From the NCBI GenBank assembly GCA_002269645.1, contig NIVC01001660.1, positions 1 to 64,000 of the forward strand: a stretch of DNA of 64,000 nucleotides, read 5' to 3'. Below the pieces are notes generated by a model. That model did no database searches. It worked only from the letters and a program-made list of their open reading frames with translations, and had not been told where the DNA came from. This DNA is from Macrostomum lignano. Taxonomy: Eukaryota. Of this stretch, positions 21,887 to 35,204 are shown one piece after another. Position numbers and translations under genes: made by a program. The stretch's first letter is position 1; each line of letters starts with the position of its first letter.

Positions 21887-23201
21887 TTTCACCTGTGGCT
21901 AGCGGTTTGAATCCATGCAAAAGTAAATTTTGCGATACGTGCTGTTGGAATAATAAATTCGCATCTTTAATGAGAAGAGTCATTTTTTTAATGCAAGGTT
22001 TCGTTCAGTGACAGAGACGAGTCAGTTTTTGCATTCGATTTGCACTGGCCAATCACATGTATTTGCAGTTTTTGAGAATACATGTTTGCCAGGATAGTAG
22101 AATGCAGTTGAATCTCATGCCAGTTGGATACATATTTGCTTATAGCTTAGTCGTTTCGTTTAAGAGTTAAAATATTGCAATGGCTGTAGACGCGGCCAGA
22201 ATTGTCAGTGAATTTTTCTCACTTGTATGGACAAACATCCCTGAAACGGATTTAATTCTAGCTAATCCACTCTCACTTGCAGGCAACTCGGTTGCTTCCA
22301 AAACAAATTTGCATAACCATGGCTTCTTTCCCGTTTGGTGAGCGGTAGCCAGCGCGACGTGTGGCAAAATATCTTTGCAAATTAGCTATTTCCGCTTAGC
22401 TTCGCCACCAGAGGACGGCTTTGCAAATGGGCTGCAATTGAGACAAAGTTGGATCGTAAAATCAAAAGTAATTTTTTGTACATGTACGTTTCCATGCACT
22501 AGTTCTAATACATGTAGCCTAAATAGAACAGAATAGTTGCACTACTGTGGAAGCTCAGTAGCGCTTCTGACTTTCGATGGAGTTCCGGGATTCGATTAAA
22601 TCATGATTCATCCGCTGAGTTGGACCTGGAGTTGGTCGTTCTGCAACGCAATCGAGTGCCAAACACCAAGACGCTGGTGTACATGCCTGACGAGCGAGTG
22701 CATGCTCAGTGGACATAACTTCTTGCCACCTCGCCGCCACAAACAAGTAACAGAATAAGCAAGGACAAGATGCACTCTAAAAAATGTCACTGCCCATTCT
22801 GCTGACTCCTCCTGAGCACATAAAAGAACGCCAATACTGTACGCAAGCACGCACTCAAAAACACGTTCACACAGGGTGCCTGCAGCAACACCTGCACAGG
22901 CCATGGGAAGTGAAACTAGCAATGGAGAGACGTCCGTAGCCCACACCAGCTCAAACCCTTGAAAATTTGGTGTCTGGCCTATGGAGTGCTCTTGCATTTT
23001 TTGTGTTGTTTTTGCGTGCGCTCTAGGCGGCCATCCCAGACCAGTTCTGGCTGGTTGGGGGGGGGGCGCTCGTCCCGGCTTGAGTCTTTCCCCGCGGCGG
23101 CCACTGGTTGGCTGGGCTTGTGTTTTTTTTTCTAGCCCCATTCAGTCGGATCTGCTCGGCGGGCGCGCTGATTGGCTGAGAGGTCATTTCTTATGTTTGG
23201 C

Positions 23202-23247
<46 letters not shown>

Positions 23248-24777
23248 CGGCCCCTCTACCCTGTTTATGTGGTATATAGTGCTCATGCCTGGCCCAGCCA
23301 GCTCCCCGCGTTTGCGCCCCGCGCCTACTACTTCAAACTAAACTAGAGATACTCAAACGAGCCGTATCGACGGTCTTTTACTTCGAGGACTCAATTGATT
23401 GCGAGCAAAATAAAGCGGTCAAGTGATGGCGATATTCGAACGAGCTCCACAGTTTCTGGCACCGGTAAGACCCCCGAGTTCATTCGCTTCCTTAGCTTTT
23501 CTGAGGCCTTGCCGTAGCAGTGGTTTGATAGCTAGAGCGTCATCACGCCAGCGACTGTGACCACTGCAGCACAGCAGCGTTGTATATTGTGTATTATTGT
23601 AGTACTGTACCGGTTACTTTATATAGTGTGTACAACCTACAGTGTCGAAACTAGAAGCACTCGAGAGTGTCACCACACCTCAAGCCGCAGCGTGAACTCT
23701 GAGTGTCACAACACCAGAGGGATCGACCCTTTATCGCAGAGCGTCGTCACGCCTGCTCGTATCCATAAAAGCACAGGCAGAGCGTCACTACGCCTGTCGT
23801 ATTACGTATAAAATATTGTACTCGGGACTGTGCACCCAAACCGACCCGGGTTACGACAAAAATTATACTCTTTCTGAAGATCTTTTAAACGCTTGGTCCT
23901 AACTTTCAACCAAACTAATAGACTTCGAAATACGGAAGCGCAGAAGCATAGTAGAAAGCTTCTCGATTAGTCTCTTTTTTAAATGTCAAATAGGTCAAAT
24001 GAGGAGAGTCAATGAGTAAATGTGTGCTTGATTTATAACAATTTCTTCCAAGAGACTGAACATCTGACAGTAGTTGCAGCTGAGACTGCTCACAGAATAG
24101 GTATAGTTTCAGGGCCCTGATCAGGCAAGGTCCGACCACCAGCACAATGGGTTGTTCAATGCCTGTCTGCACTTGTACCAGCTTTGTAGAGAACTGTTAA
24201 AATCATGCCATAATGTGCTACTTAAGGGTAACACTGTAAGAAAGTCAATTTAAATCTGCCACCTATTTTTTAAAATAGATCATGGGCAAACAGAGTGACT
24301 CAGAACCCTACAGAGGACCAACGTTTGTTTGTTCAAGGAACCGGATTTCAACAGCTATATTGGCTTAACCCCACATATGGTAATGCTTTAATGCTCACCT
24401 ACACCCTTCAAGACCAAGACGTCTGACCAAGCAAGTTATCTGATTTTGCATATACCTCGGCACTTGTCCCCCAGTGTCTACGCTCGTAGAAGTGGGAGTT
24501 TTTGAGTGACTGATCACCACTCTTAAATTCTTCAGCCTGCAAGCTTGCTGAAAAAAAATAATTTAGAAGCAAACATATGCATTGTTTAACTGCGAGCGTA
24601 GTGTCAAATTATGGGTTATAAATGTAAAGCATCAGTATAGCATATTAAATAGCAACTACACAGAAGTAGAATTGGCTATAACTTAGCAACTCCAGTCCAA
24701 GTGGGAAGATTTTTTTAAAACAGAACCTCTCAGCCAGAGCGATCGACTAAATTTTAGTTTGCATAGCCTGCAGAGAA

Positions 24778-25050
24778 GGGATTGTAGCCTAGTGGTTAGA
24801 GCGACGGACTCACGAATTGAAGGTCGGGAGTTCGATTCCCGATCACACTGGAACAGTTTGTGTCCAAGACACTGAACTCTGCATTGCTTCAGTTCACCCT
24901 GCAGTAAAATGGGTACCAGCAGTCGCTGAGGTAATTGAGGCTGTGTGTGGCGACCCCCCAGTCCTTCGACTGAACAGCCGTACGCAGCCATCAGATGCAG
25001 CTGAGCTGTCGGTTGCACATCTGGCCCAATTGGGGCAGGTGTAATAAAAA
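24778..25050 (+). mobile_element. tRNA-derived SINE
   Basis: A box TAGCCTAGTGG, B box GTTCGATTC, central CTTCAGTTCACCCTGCAGTAAAATGGGTACC, A-rich tail. Second copy inverted at 38956-39253. Confidence 0.85.
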
Positions 25051-26942
25051 AGCCTGCAGAATCGTCTTCCAGATCCTATCAGTAGCACAGCTACATGTAT
25101 AAATCTCCATCATAAATAAGGTATTACTTAGAGCATACTGGTCCTATGAGTCTCCTCTAGTGAGACATGCACTCTCCCTGATTTCTGTGGTCTAGTGGCT
25201 AATGTCTGCATTTTGACGCTATATTTTGTTTATATGCTTGCAACTGCTGGATCTGGGAAGAGAGGCTCATGGTGGGGAGAGGATTCGGGAGTGTCCTCGC
25301 GTTGCCCGTGCCCCGTACGTTGCTCTCTGTCCCCCACGCGCCCCGCCCACAACTAACCACACGCCTCACTGTACGGTCCTGTTCCAGGTCCACTGTACGG
25401 TCCACTGTACATCCGTGGCTACCTACCCCTGCACACTGCATACTGATGGATGGTGAAGAGATGGGGTGAGATGTGGGGTGAGAAATGGAGAGGCAGGGTG
25501 AGCGGTAGGGAGAGAGGTAGGGGGCGCCTGGGGTCATACATATCGGCGCTCGTGCTGTGGCTCTTGTTTAATTCACCGCTCCCATGAGGAGAGGAAATGA
25601 AAAATGGAACAGATCAGCGTTAACACAACTGCCCTAGTCTGTAAGATTCATATTATAACGGAGCCAAATTGCATCAATTTTTTTAATCCACGCTCTGGAC
25701 GTCCGCTATGCGTCTGTTGGGCTTGACTTTGATGCATTGAAGCCCAGAAATGCTGGGAAGACACTGGCCCACACGGCAATTTTATAAATAGAACCAGCAT
25801 CTATTCCTTTGTCCACAGTTTCCTCTGTTCCAGCTGCTTCTTTTTTGCCAATCCCAATCACCATCCTCGCGCTGTGGTTCCTGCTTAATTCACAACTGTC
25901 CTGCTCTGCTCCGTCAAAATCGAGAATATACCGGAGCTGCATAGAGTCAATTTAAATTTTCCAAAGCTAAAAAGTAGGCTATGTGGCGTAGAATTTGAAG
26001 CTTAATCCCACTCACTGCATTTATGGACAGGGCCAAGTTAATTTGCCTTTCTTCTTCAGTTCGTTATTTTGTATATAATTGCTTTAACTTAACACGAAGC
26101 GTGGATATTTTGCACATAAAATACGCTGCTCCGAGCAAAAAGCAAACCTCAATACAAGTTGCTCATTGTTGTTAAAGTACAACCTAGCTGTTCATTATAA
26201 TGATTCGCTGTGTACACTTTTATTTCTATTTTCAGAGGCCATTTGGAGCAAGAATTTGGTCTCGCGCTTTCCGGACGCATAAAATACTCTCTAATATTTT
26301 TTAGAGCCGCCTTATAATATGCAGAGTTGTAGTAGCTTAATGTAGCATCTTTAATTATTACTCCACACCTCGAAACCAGTGGTTTTTTAGTGAAACATCA
26401 CATTTTTCTATTTGGGGCGAGAACTTTTGAATGTGCTGGGATTCCTTCCCTCACTGGTATTTGGATTTCATCTTGGGAGACATCTTGGATCATATTTAGC
26501 TATAGTAAAATAATAGCTTGTCGCTAGTCATATGTACTAAAAATGAAAATCTTGCTTGCTTGATTTTCCATAGCGTGATTCACTGGTAGACTAAAAAAGA
26601 AGCGAGTAAAAGTATGATGTTAGAATTAAAGATAAGATGCCATTGTTGATTTTGCAATTGCTTTGGGAATGATAAATATAGAGTTAATGGGATTGTGGAG
26701 GAAGTGAAAAACTTTGTACTAAAAGCCCCCCCCTATCCTGACAGCTATACTGTTCTGGGATGGTGTCCATAGAGACGAGGACAACAAATTCTATTCGCTG
26801 GATAGCCCAGCCAGCCAACAGGAAAATACAGCTGAGACATTATATTTAGAGCTGCAACTGCTCACTGGCTTAGCGACTTTCCTGGCTTAGAAGCATCTAC
26901 CAATCTACCTCGACAACCAAGCCCTGCTGTCAGCGTCTTGGA

Positions 26943-27375
26943 ATGACACTTCACGAAGTTGCCATAACCTTGGCAGTGCTGATTTCATTCACCGACGGTA
27001 CATCTTTTGTCTTCGACAAGAGGCCGGACCTGTGCCACAATGCTAGCACTGCAGCTGACGGTCCGCGCAAACTGCTGGGCGTTGCCGATCCTCGAGTGTG
27101 CGCTGTCGAATGCGCGAGCAACACGACTCTGTGCTCAGTGTATGAGTACTCGCCTAGCAACAGGTCATGCATTCTTGGAAACAGCTGCGACCTGCTGCTT
27201 TTCTGGCAACTCAGCGGCGGACCGGCCTGCAACACGCAGGTGCTGCGAGGCGCAGCAGACTGTGAGACTGCGTCAGTGACTCCAACTACGACTTCAATTC
27301 CGATTACGACTCCTACAACGACCACTACGACTCCGACTACAACTTATACAACTCCTGCTCCACTAGCACTAACAG
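26943..27375 (+). CDS. Secreted PAN/Apple-like + short Thr-rich protein, copy A exon 1
   Basis: Signal-like MTLHEVAITLAVLISFTDG, Cys pattern C...CAVEC...C..Y.Y....C.L, short Thr tract, donor ACAG|GTAAGC. Confidence 0.75.
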
Positions 27376-27675
27376 GTAAGCATAAAAACAAGTTTACCGT
27401 ACGGATGTATCTAACTTTCCAGCTTTTCCATGATGAACCACTGGTTTTGCATCTGACATTAGTCCGATTAAGTGCGTAAAGAACAAGAAGGAATAGACTT
27501 GCAGAACCAAAAGGTGGTCGTCTGGTATTGTGGTTTGCAGGCGTTAACCTCACATTTCTCACAAGAGGAGACTCAGAGGGCCTATATGCTCTAAGCAATA
27601 ACTCTCGGCGGAGTTTTCTGGGTTTGTAGCATAAGGAGGGTTGCCAATTTTCTCCTTTGCGACATAAATTTTCAG

Positions 27676-28412
27676 TGCCAACCTCGGGTTCAAAACAACA
27701 TGGAACGCCGGTGACCTACACGCCCCCTGTGGACAATGCCTGCTATCGGTTCGAAGCGCGTGGCGCCAAAGGAGGTTCCGGAAGCGCAGCTGGTGGAAAC
27801 GGGGCTATAAAAATTGCCCACTTTATCCTGAACAGCTCTCAAACGTTGACTATTGTTGTCGGAAAATCCGGAAACGATGGCGATGGCGGCGGCGGCGGAG
27901 GCGGCACTTTCGTCTACACGAGTGGCGGCAGTCCCGTCCTGCTGCTGGCGGCCGGAGGAGGAGGCGGTGGAGGAGGCGTCAGTTCGGCTACAGGCAGCCC
28001 TGGAATCAGTTCGACCGGCGGCTGCTCCGGAAACGCGGGAAGCAACCCGTCCGGAAATAACTGTGGCGCCGGCGGTGCAGGATGGCAATCACCTGGAACT
28101 TCACCCGGAGGCAACCATTGTGGCTCAGTTGGAAGTAACTTGGCAGGAGGTGATGGTGGATGAGGAGGCGGCTTTGGTGGCTACGGTGGTGGAGGCGGTG
28201 GAGGCCGAACAAATGGAGCAAATAAGGCCGGAGGCGGCGGCGGCGGTGGCTACTGCGGCGGCTCCGGCGGCGAATCGGGCAGTCCGGGTGGCGGCGGCTC
28301 CAGCTATGCAGCTTCTTCAGCTAAGCAAGTTTCAGGATCGGATGGAGGCAACACCGAATCTGATGGCAAGGTAGACATATCTATCGTGAATGGCTCCTTC
28401 TGCACACCGTGA
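27676..28412 (+). CDS. Copy A exon 2: ALK/LTK-type glycine-rich domain, with an in-frame TGA at 28161-28163
   Basis: Acceptor tttcag| in phase 1 restores the frame. Reads YRFEARGAKGG...LTIVVGKSG..GGGGGTFV...LLLAAGGGGG, and the frame continues past the TGA to FCTP*. Confidence 0.7.
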
Positions 28413-29094
28413 TCACCCGTTGAAAACGTTACCGTGACAGAATCGCTAAAAACACATACAAACAACCCTATAGCGACTATTGTAAATTTTAGAACTGAAA
28501 CAACTGTAATTCAACGTAGAGGCGACTGTGAAATCACAAGCGCGTCACGTGAGTGTTAGATTCTTATAAGAGTCGCGAAAGAGTCGCCCACAAGTCATTT
28601 TTTTCAATAAACGCTGTTGGAATGATAAAGGCGCGGATTTGAAGGAAAGAGTCAATTTTGGTAGACAATGTTTCGTCGTATGACAGGGACGAGTTAGCTT
28701 TCACATTTGATTTTCATTGATACATTTGTGCCGTCGTGTATTAGCATGTTGAGAATTTGAGAATGTTGAGTTGTTGAGAATGCATGTTTGACAGCATTGG
28801 AGAAAGGCAGTTGAGTCACTGCTCGTTGGATATACCAGCAGAGGGTGAGGGTGTTTCAAAATTAACGATAATTTTTTTATAACTTTTGGCTGAAGGAACG
28901 TACGAGCTCGTACATTTGTTCATATGTTATTCCTCTCGCGCTAGAATTTATTTTTAGAGTAAAAATAATGAATGTGTATGGACGTGGCTATATTCCTCTG
29001 TGACATTCTTTACGTTTTCATGGACAATAAGCTTTCTCCTGTTTCAACGCAAACGGATTTGATTCTAGATAGCTCCATGTGCAAAGCCACTCTT

Positions 29095-29342
29095 TGCTGC
29101 TGGCCTGGAACAACAGGACCGCTCGGCGAATGCACTCCGACACGGCCGGCTCTGAGCAGCAGCCGCGGAGCAACCGAGAGCGACAGAGGTTGCTTGTTCG
29201 GATCAGCCTCATGCTGGTCTTCATCAACGTCTTCTTTCTGATCACGTCTCTACCGTGGAGCCTCGTCGCCCTACTTGAAGTCCCAAATCATAAAAATACT
29301 CAAACTCAACTCATTCATATTGATGATGCGGCACTTCAACTC
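29095..29342 (+). pseudogene. GPCR fragment (TM5 end to TM7 start)
   Basis: LLAWNNRTARRMHSDTAG...LMLVFINVFFLITSLPWS matches the intact copy. Confidence 0.85.
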
Positions 29343-30007
29343 CACACTTCAACTCCAGTAGCAGATTGGAGTCAGCCAGTCGATTAAAATGTTGTAAATT
29401 ATCTTGTTATTTTTGGTGCATATGAGCGTAGAAGGCTGATAAATATTAATGCCGACAATATTTTTATCATCGAATATCTTCAAACATAATAGTTTTTACC
29501 GGCTTAATCTACTAAATGAAAAACTCTCAGAACAGACTTTTCTACAGCCTGCTGATTAAATCTGTAAAGAAATCGAAAATTTATCTTAATAATCTTATTC
29601 CTTAAAATGTATTAGCATACTACTTTTACAAACTACTTGCTCAATCCTCCCATTGTTCAGTAGAGTTTATACTTTGAACAAGTTTTCTGTACGAGGCAAA
29701 TGGAAAGCAGGCTGTATACTCAGACGTTTTCAGAGCTGGCCGAAAAAATATCTTGATTTTATTAAATTCTGTCAATGAAAATCGTTAGTATAAAACTCTT
29801 CGCCGTTATAACCCACCCCGACTCCATCCTCAGTCTCAAACTGCAAAGCGATCTCACGGTCGAATCTATTCAATGCCTAAAACAACTTTCTTAACTTTCT
29901 TAACCAGTATTTCAAATATTGCATCCTGGTCTCAACGAAGTAGCTAGTAGACCATGCAGCATATCATGCAGTTTGGAAGCTTTAAAAAGCAGATTATCTG
30001 TACAGAG

Positions 30008-30165
30008 TAGGGGTGTTCGGGTTTTTTTTCGGATTCGGGTACCCCGAAACACTGACCCCGAACCCGAAACCCGACCCGGACCGAAACTCGACTTGACCCG
30101 ACCCGACCCGACCCGACCCGACCCGACCTGACCCGACCCGACCCCGAAATTTTCCTGAACGGAGA
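30008..30165. repeat. (GACCC)n tract after a TAGGGG start; hAT-like terminal remnant
   Basis: ACCCGA/GACCC pentamer run. No partner end found. Confidence 0.4.
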
Positions 30166-30799
30166 ACGCTTCATCTCAGGCTTTCTGTGATGATATTTTT
30201 TCCAAGAATGACGACTGAAGGAATTACTCGTCCTGGGGTACCTCTAGTAGTCCACTTCTCGTTCTCATTTGCAGTCCTGACTCCTTAGCTCCTATTTTAG
30301 TAAGTACAGAGTTGAGTAGGCTGCAAAGAAAACGATATACACTTCAGCTATCAGTCTATCAAAAACAGTACTATCAAAATCAGTAAGGCGCAGTGTTTCC
30401 GAAATCTTGGCACACCAGCCCGACATGGACTCCAACATTCAAAATCTTTCTTTTGCTGTTCAAATGAACAGTAGGAGTCAAATAAAAACTTGTACAGTAT
30501 CAAAACTATTTGTATTTAAGTTCACTTACTATTAGAACCTCTATCATTTCATAAAAATGCTTGTGAAATAAGAAAACCAAGTTTAAAACTCACAGAAAGC
30601 CAATGTATAATGTACAAGCATAATGAGTCATAGCATTGTACTTCACCATGGCAACCCAGCAGACATTTTAGATTAACATGGTAGATAGGAGACATGGCAC
30701 AACTGAAATGAAACCAGTGTGAGATTAGTATATATTTGATTCGTAAAGGACAACAAAATATAAGCATTTTTGCATAAAGCATATCAAGTTTTAAAGGAG

Positions 30800-31450
30800 T
30801 TGCAAGGTTGCATATAATGACATAAGTACTTTCAGCATGTAGTTTTAACTTGTTAAAGCCATAATAAATTATAAATACACCTATTCTGGAGCTTCTGAGG
30901 TTCAAATATAGTGCAGGCTTCTTTAAAACAGTCGAGTAGAATGCTTTTCTAAAGGCAAGTACCACTAAATACACGTTTGTATACAGTTTGTCCACGGGAC
31001 AGAAGTGAGGTAAACTCGCTGTTGTCGGTGGCATCATTAGAGTCTGGTGCGTCAGGGGCAGAGATCAGACTCTCCTTTATTTTTAAATAGCCATAGGTGT
31101 AGTACAGGTACGCCTTCTCATCTTCCGTGATTTCGCTTATCCGTTCGGGAACTTTGTCCATCGTATCCATCCCAGAATCTGTCATTGAAACGATGCTTGA
31201 TGCTATGGATACAACACCTCTGAGTTTAAATAACTGAAACTATGGCTGTGACTATAGGATATGGTAAATGATAGGAAATGATATCTCAACTACTACAGTT
31301 AAAGTACACCAGGTAGACAATCAAATCTACGCACGTGTGCGCCTCCTCAACTCGCTTCACTAATGGCAGACCGGCCATAAAGACATAGTAGTTCTACCTC
31401 CTGTTAAAATGAGCGATATGACTAGTGGTCCTTGACATCGACTCCAAATA
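30800..31450 (-). pseudogene. Possible P-element/THAP9-family transposase C-terminal remnant
   Basis: EDEKAYLYYTYGYLKIKE...SEFTSLLSRG resembles the LYY.GY...SEF..LSRG segment of invertebrate P-like transposases as recalled. Degenerate. Confidence 0.3.
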
Positions 31451-34400
31451 TCGGGTACAGCTCTTGTTACTGAAATGTTGTCATAGCGATTCCACTATTA
31501 TGTTTGTAGCCAGGTCCGCTACTTCATTCTAATAAAATTTACTAATCTTGTTTTTTGAGAAATCATCATTGCAGGGTATAGAGATACGAGCTATCATTGA
31601 TCCCACGCTGAATTGATCAAATTAACGTTCCATGAACATAGCGCCCTAGGCCAGTGTCGCAATTATCATGCTGAATATACAGGTAATGTACCCACAATGC
31701 ACATGTTGTGTCTAGTGTCACAATTCGCTCATCTCTATACACGAACTGGCAGTGTAGGCAACATCAATGTTCTTCTCAATGGCCTTCAAAGTATTCTGCT
31801 TTTAATGCGGTCTTTGGCTCAACGGTTTCAAGATACAGCTACATACTAGCTAGTTAGACCTCCATCATCGTATGATCAGCTTCTGTCCGAATTCCTCAAT
31901 CTGGATCATCTCTAGTCAACCTAAATGAGCAGCTAAAGTTGTTTGTCAATTGATTAAGGCTTATTGCAGAAACCACTCATAAATCTTAAAGGTACAAAAT
32001 ATATACAGACCTATACAGTGGATATAGTGGTTCTGGCCCCGGTCATTCTCATCCCCTTTCTGCTTTCTATTGGGGATGAACCCAGCGCTTCTTTGGGGGT
32101 GGGCGGAAATATTTCCGTGAAAAAAACCGCGGACAGAACAGCCCATCGAAGGCAAAACATGTCATGATTCATGTATTTCTGTTCTGTTCTGTAAATTTCT
32201 CTGTGCAAAACTAATATCTTCAGTGGCAAGCACTGGTCCTATTGGGTAGATTGGTCGCTCCAAGTCTCCCTGCTCCTGTTTCTTCTACATTTCACCTGGG
32301 AAAGTCAATTGCATGAATTTGTTAACTAGAAAGCGTCTCCTTTCTTGATGTTCCTTTGCATCTTTTATAGGTGCAGGCTGACTTCATTGTTGCTTAATGA
32401 CTTCCTGCTGTTTTTCTTAGCAACCAAAGTAACCGGGGTCCTTAATAAAGATTTATTTGTAGGCACTTCTTATGCAGGTGCTTTTTTCCTGAAACGAGAT
32501 GGCTGTCTTGAAAAATGAGTCGACAGAATTTTTAGCTTGATCAGGAAAATTAGGGGGTCGTCACCCTGACTACCAAAGTAAACTGTCGCTGCATAATACC
32601 CAGTATAGTGCTATAAGTTCACAAGGTTGGATAAAGTGGGTTGTTTAATCCCATCACATCCGCATTATTGCAAAAACCTCTGTACAATGTCATGATGGCA
32701 ATTTTGGACAATTTCAGACTTGCTACCGGAATCATCACAGCTTTATGGGTTTAGAGAAACTCGGTGGTGCTTGACGGCGGTTGGCTGGGTATTTTATCAG
32801 TATAATTTAGCTTATAATATGGATGAGGCTTGAGAGATTTGGGTGATTGAGGATTGGGCTTATTTGAAGGCAGCACTAGATTGCAACGCATAATAATCAG
32901 TCGGATTTCTTTTTTGATACAGTTGTTTAGTTATCTGATAACTGTTTTCTTAATATCTAGATAAATACCATGATAACAGTTCCAATGTCACCCCGTAGTC
33001 TAGGTTTTGTGACAAGCTGTGGCGGCCAACAAAGGGCAGTCCGATATCATTGACGAAAGCTGTGGGCCTTTTTAACGAAAGACTGGAGATGCAGAGAATT
33101 TTATCCAGAGCCGATTTGATCGCCTTCACAGCTCATTCAATTATGCTCAATGTTTTACGCTTGATTGTCAGCAAATAAAAAACTTTGCTGACATGGATTC
33201 AGAATGGATTCATAGATTCATGGATCCACTTCACAGAAATGGATTCAGTCGATTCTTATATGAATCCAAAATTCCACAGCAAGATCTGCGGCAGGTTTTA
33301 GAAGCGAACAGATCGAAAGTCTGTGCTTGCGGTTTTCTTTTTCCGGAAAATAAACTTCGTATAGGGAGGTAAAATCCAGTCGGATGAACAGGTTAAACGC
33401 GAGGTTGGCTCAAGTACGAGTGTGTTTTGTTTACTGCAAGCTTCTAACCCAACTGGCTCGGCTGCAGTACTGAAAGCTTCAATTTCCTTTCTGAAGGAAA
33501 ACGCGACTCTTATTCAAAATGAGTATGAAACCAAACCGGATGCAAACTCACGGACCGACCAAACACCTCAACTACCACACCTCGCAATCCAACTAAATTC
33601 CAGAAGCTGCTGCAGCTTGAGTTGCTTCTTGGAGCCAATCCGGCGGCTTCTGATGATGTGTCGAAGGTAAGTCAGGAACATTCTTTTGTGCCAGCAGTGA
33701 CTCGGATGATTAAGCTTTCAGATTCTACAGTCCTACAAACAAAGCATGGTAGCTTAGAAAAAATTTAACTGACTCTATGCAGCTACAGTAAATTATCGAT
33801 TTTGACGGAGCAGGCAGGACAGTTGCGATTTAAGCAAGAACCATAGCGCGAGGATGGTGTTGGGATTGGCAAAAAAGAAGCAGCTGGAACAGAGGAAACT
33901 GTGGACAAAGGAATAAATGCTGGTTCTATTTATAAAATTGTCGTGTGGGTCAGTGTCTTCCCAGCGTTTCTGGGCTTCAATGCAGTGAAGTCAAGCCCAA
34001 CAGACGCAAAGCGAAGCTTGGATGAAACTAATCGATGTAATTAAGCTCCTGTGCAATATGGATTTTTACAGAGCAGGGCAGTTGTGTTAACGCTGGTCTG
34101 TGTCATTTCCTCTATCTTCATGGGCGCCGTGGATTAGGCAACAGCCGCAGTACGAGAAACGGCCTCTTAGCATTTCATTCGGAAGTTGCGAGCGTACCTC
34201 AGCTACCATTCCCCACTATAGCTACCTTTAATTGTACGCTTGTATAACATTGGCTTTGGGAGTCGGTGATTAAGCAAAAGAAGCATTTGCGTATTAAAAA
34301 AGTCAAGCATTAAAGTCAAGCCCAATAGGCGGAACGCTGGGGTTCTGTGCTTGGATGAAGCCATTCGGCAACGGTGTAATATCGATTTTACAGAGCAGGG

Positions 34401-35204
34401 ATCGCATGCCCATTTGTTCTTTTTTTGTTATTTTCTAAACAACTAAGCAGGCCTGAAGCCAGCTGATCACTGGATTTATGGATAACGCCAAGCTGATTTG
34501 CCTGTCTTCTTCAGCTGTAATTTTGTAAATAATTTTATAACACAACCCTAAGCCCAGATATTCTGCACATAAAATAGGCTGTGCGAGCTACAAGTAAACT
34601 CCTCAATAATAGCCATATATTACTTCAGAGGTACAACCTAGCTGTTCTGATTGTCAGTGTGCACTTTCTTCCCCATTGTCATTGATTGTCCCCTTCGTAA
34701 TATGCAGAGCTGTAGCAGCTGCCATAATCATTAATAGTTACTTCATACCTTTGAAATGAATGGGCTGTGAGTGTCTGATTGATATTAAGAACATTAATTT
34801 CTTCTTGAGCCGAGAACTTTGTATGCACTAGGTGCATTCTTTCTTGCAGTGGCATTTTGATTTTTACAGTAGGTGAGGTTGGATTCAGGTAGGAGCCTGG
34901 TGAGAATATTTTATTTCAGGATTTTAGGGATCATAAATATTAAAATATTGGAATTATGGAGGAAGTGAAAAACTTTGTACTAAAAGCCCCCCCCCTATCC
35001 TGACAGCTATACTATTCTGGGATGGTGTCCATAGAGACGAGGACAACAAATTCTATTCGCTGGATAGCCCAGCCAGCCAACAGGAAAATGCAGCTGAGAC
35101 ATTATATTTAGAGCTGCAACTGCTCACTGGCTTAGCGACTTTCCTGGCTTAGAAGCATCTGCCAATCTACCTCGACAACCAAGCCCTGCTGTCAGCGTCT
35201 TGGA

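Noticed and set aside
23510-23858. Solo LTR (TGCCGTAGC...GTTACGACA)
   Set aside because: Termini only partly complementary, no TSD, and no second copy in the window.
23915-24172. Degenerate transposon accessory ORF (QPIVLVVG)
   Set aside because: Too short and degenerate to assign.
28161-28163. Selenocysteine codon
   Set aside because: The paralogue has Ser/Gly rather than Cys here, and no SECIS could be recognised.
27676-28412. Horizontally acquired bacterial PE-PGRS gene
   Set aside because: Similarity would be compositional only. The exon is spliced to a eukaryotic signal-peptide exon and shows ALK/LTK-type motifs.
31961-32229. Polinton-like polymerase motif (NHDMFCLRWAVLSA)
   Set aside because: A single short resemblance with no other polymerase motifs nearby.
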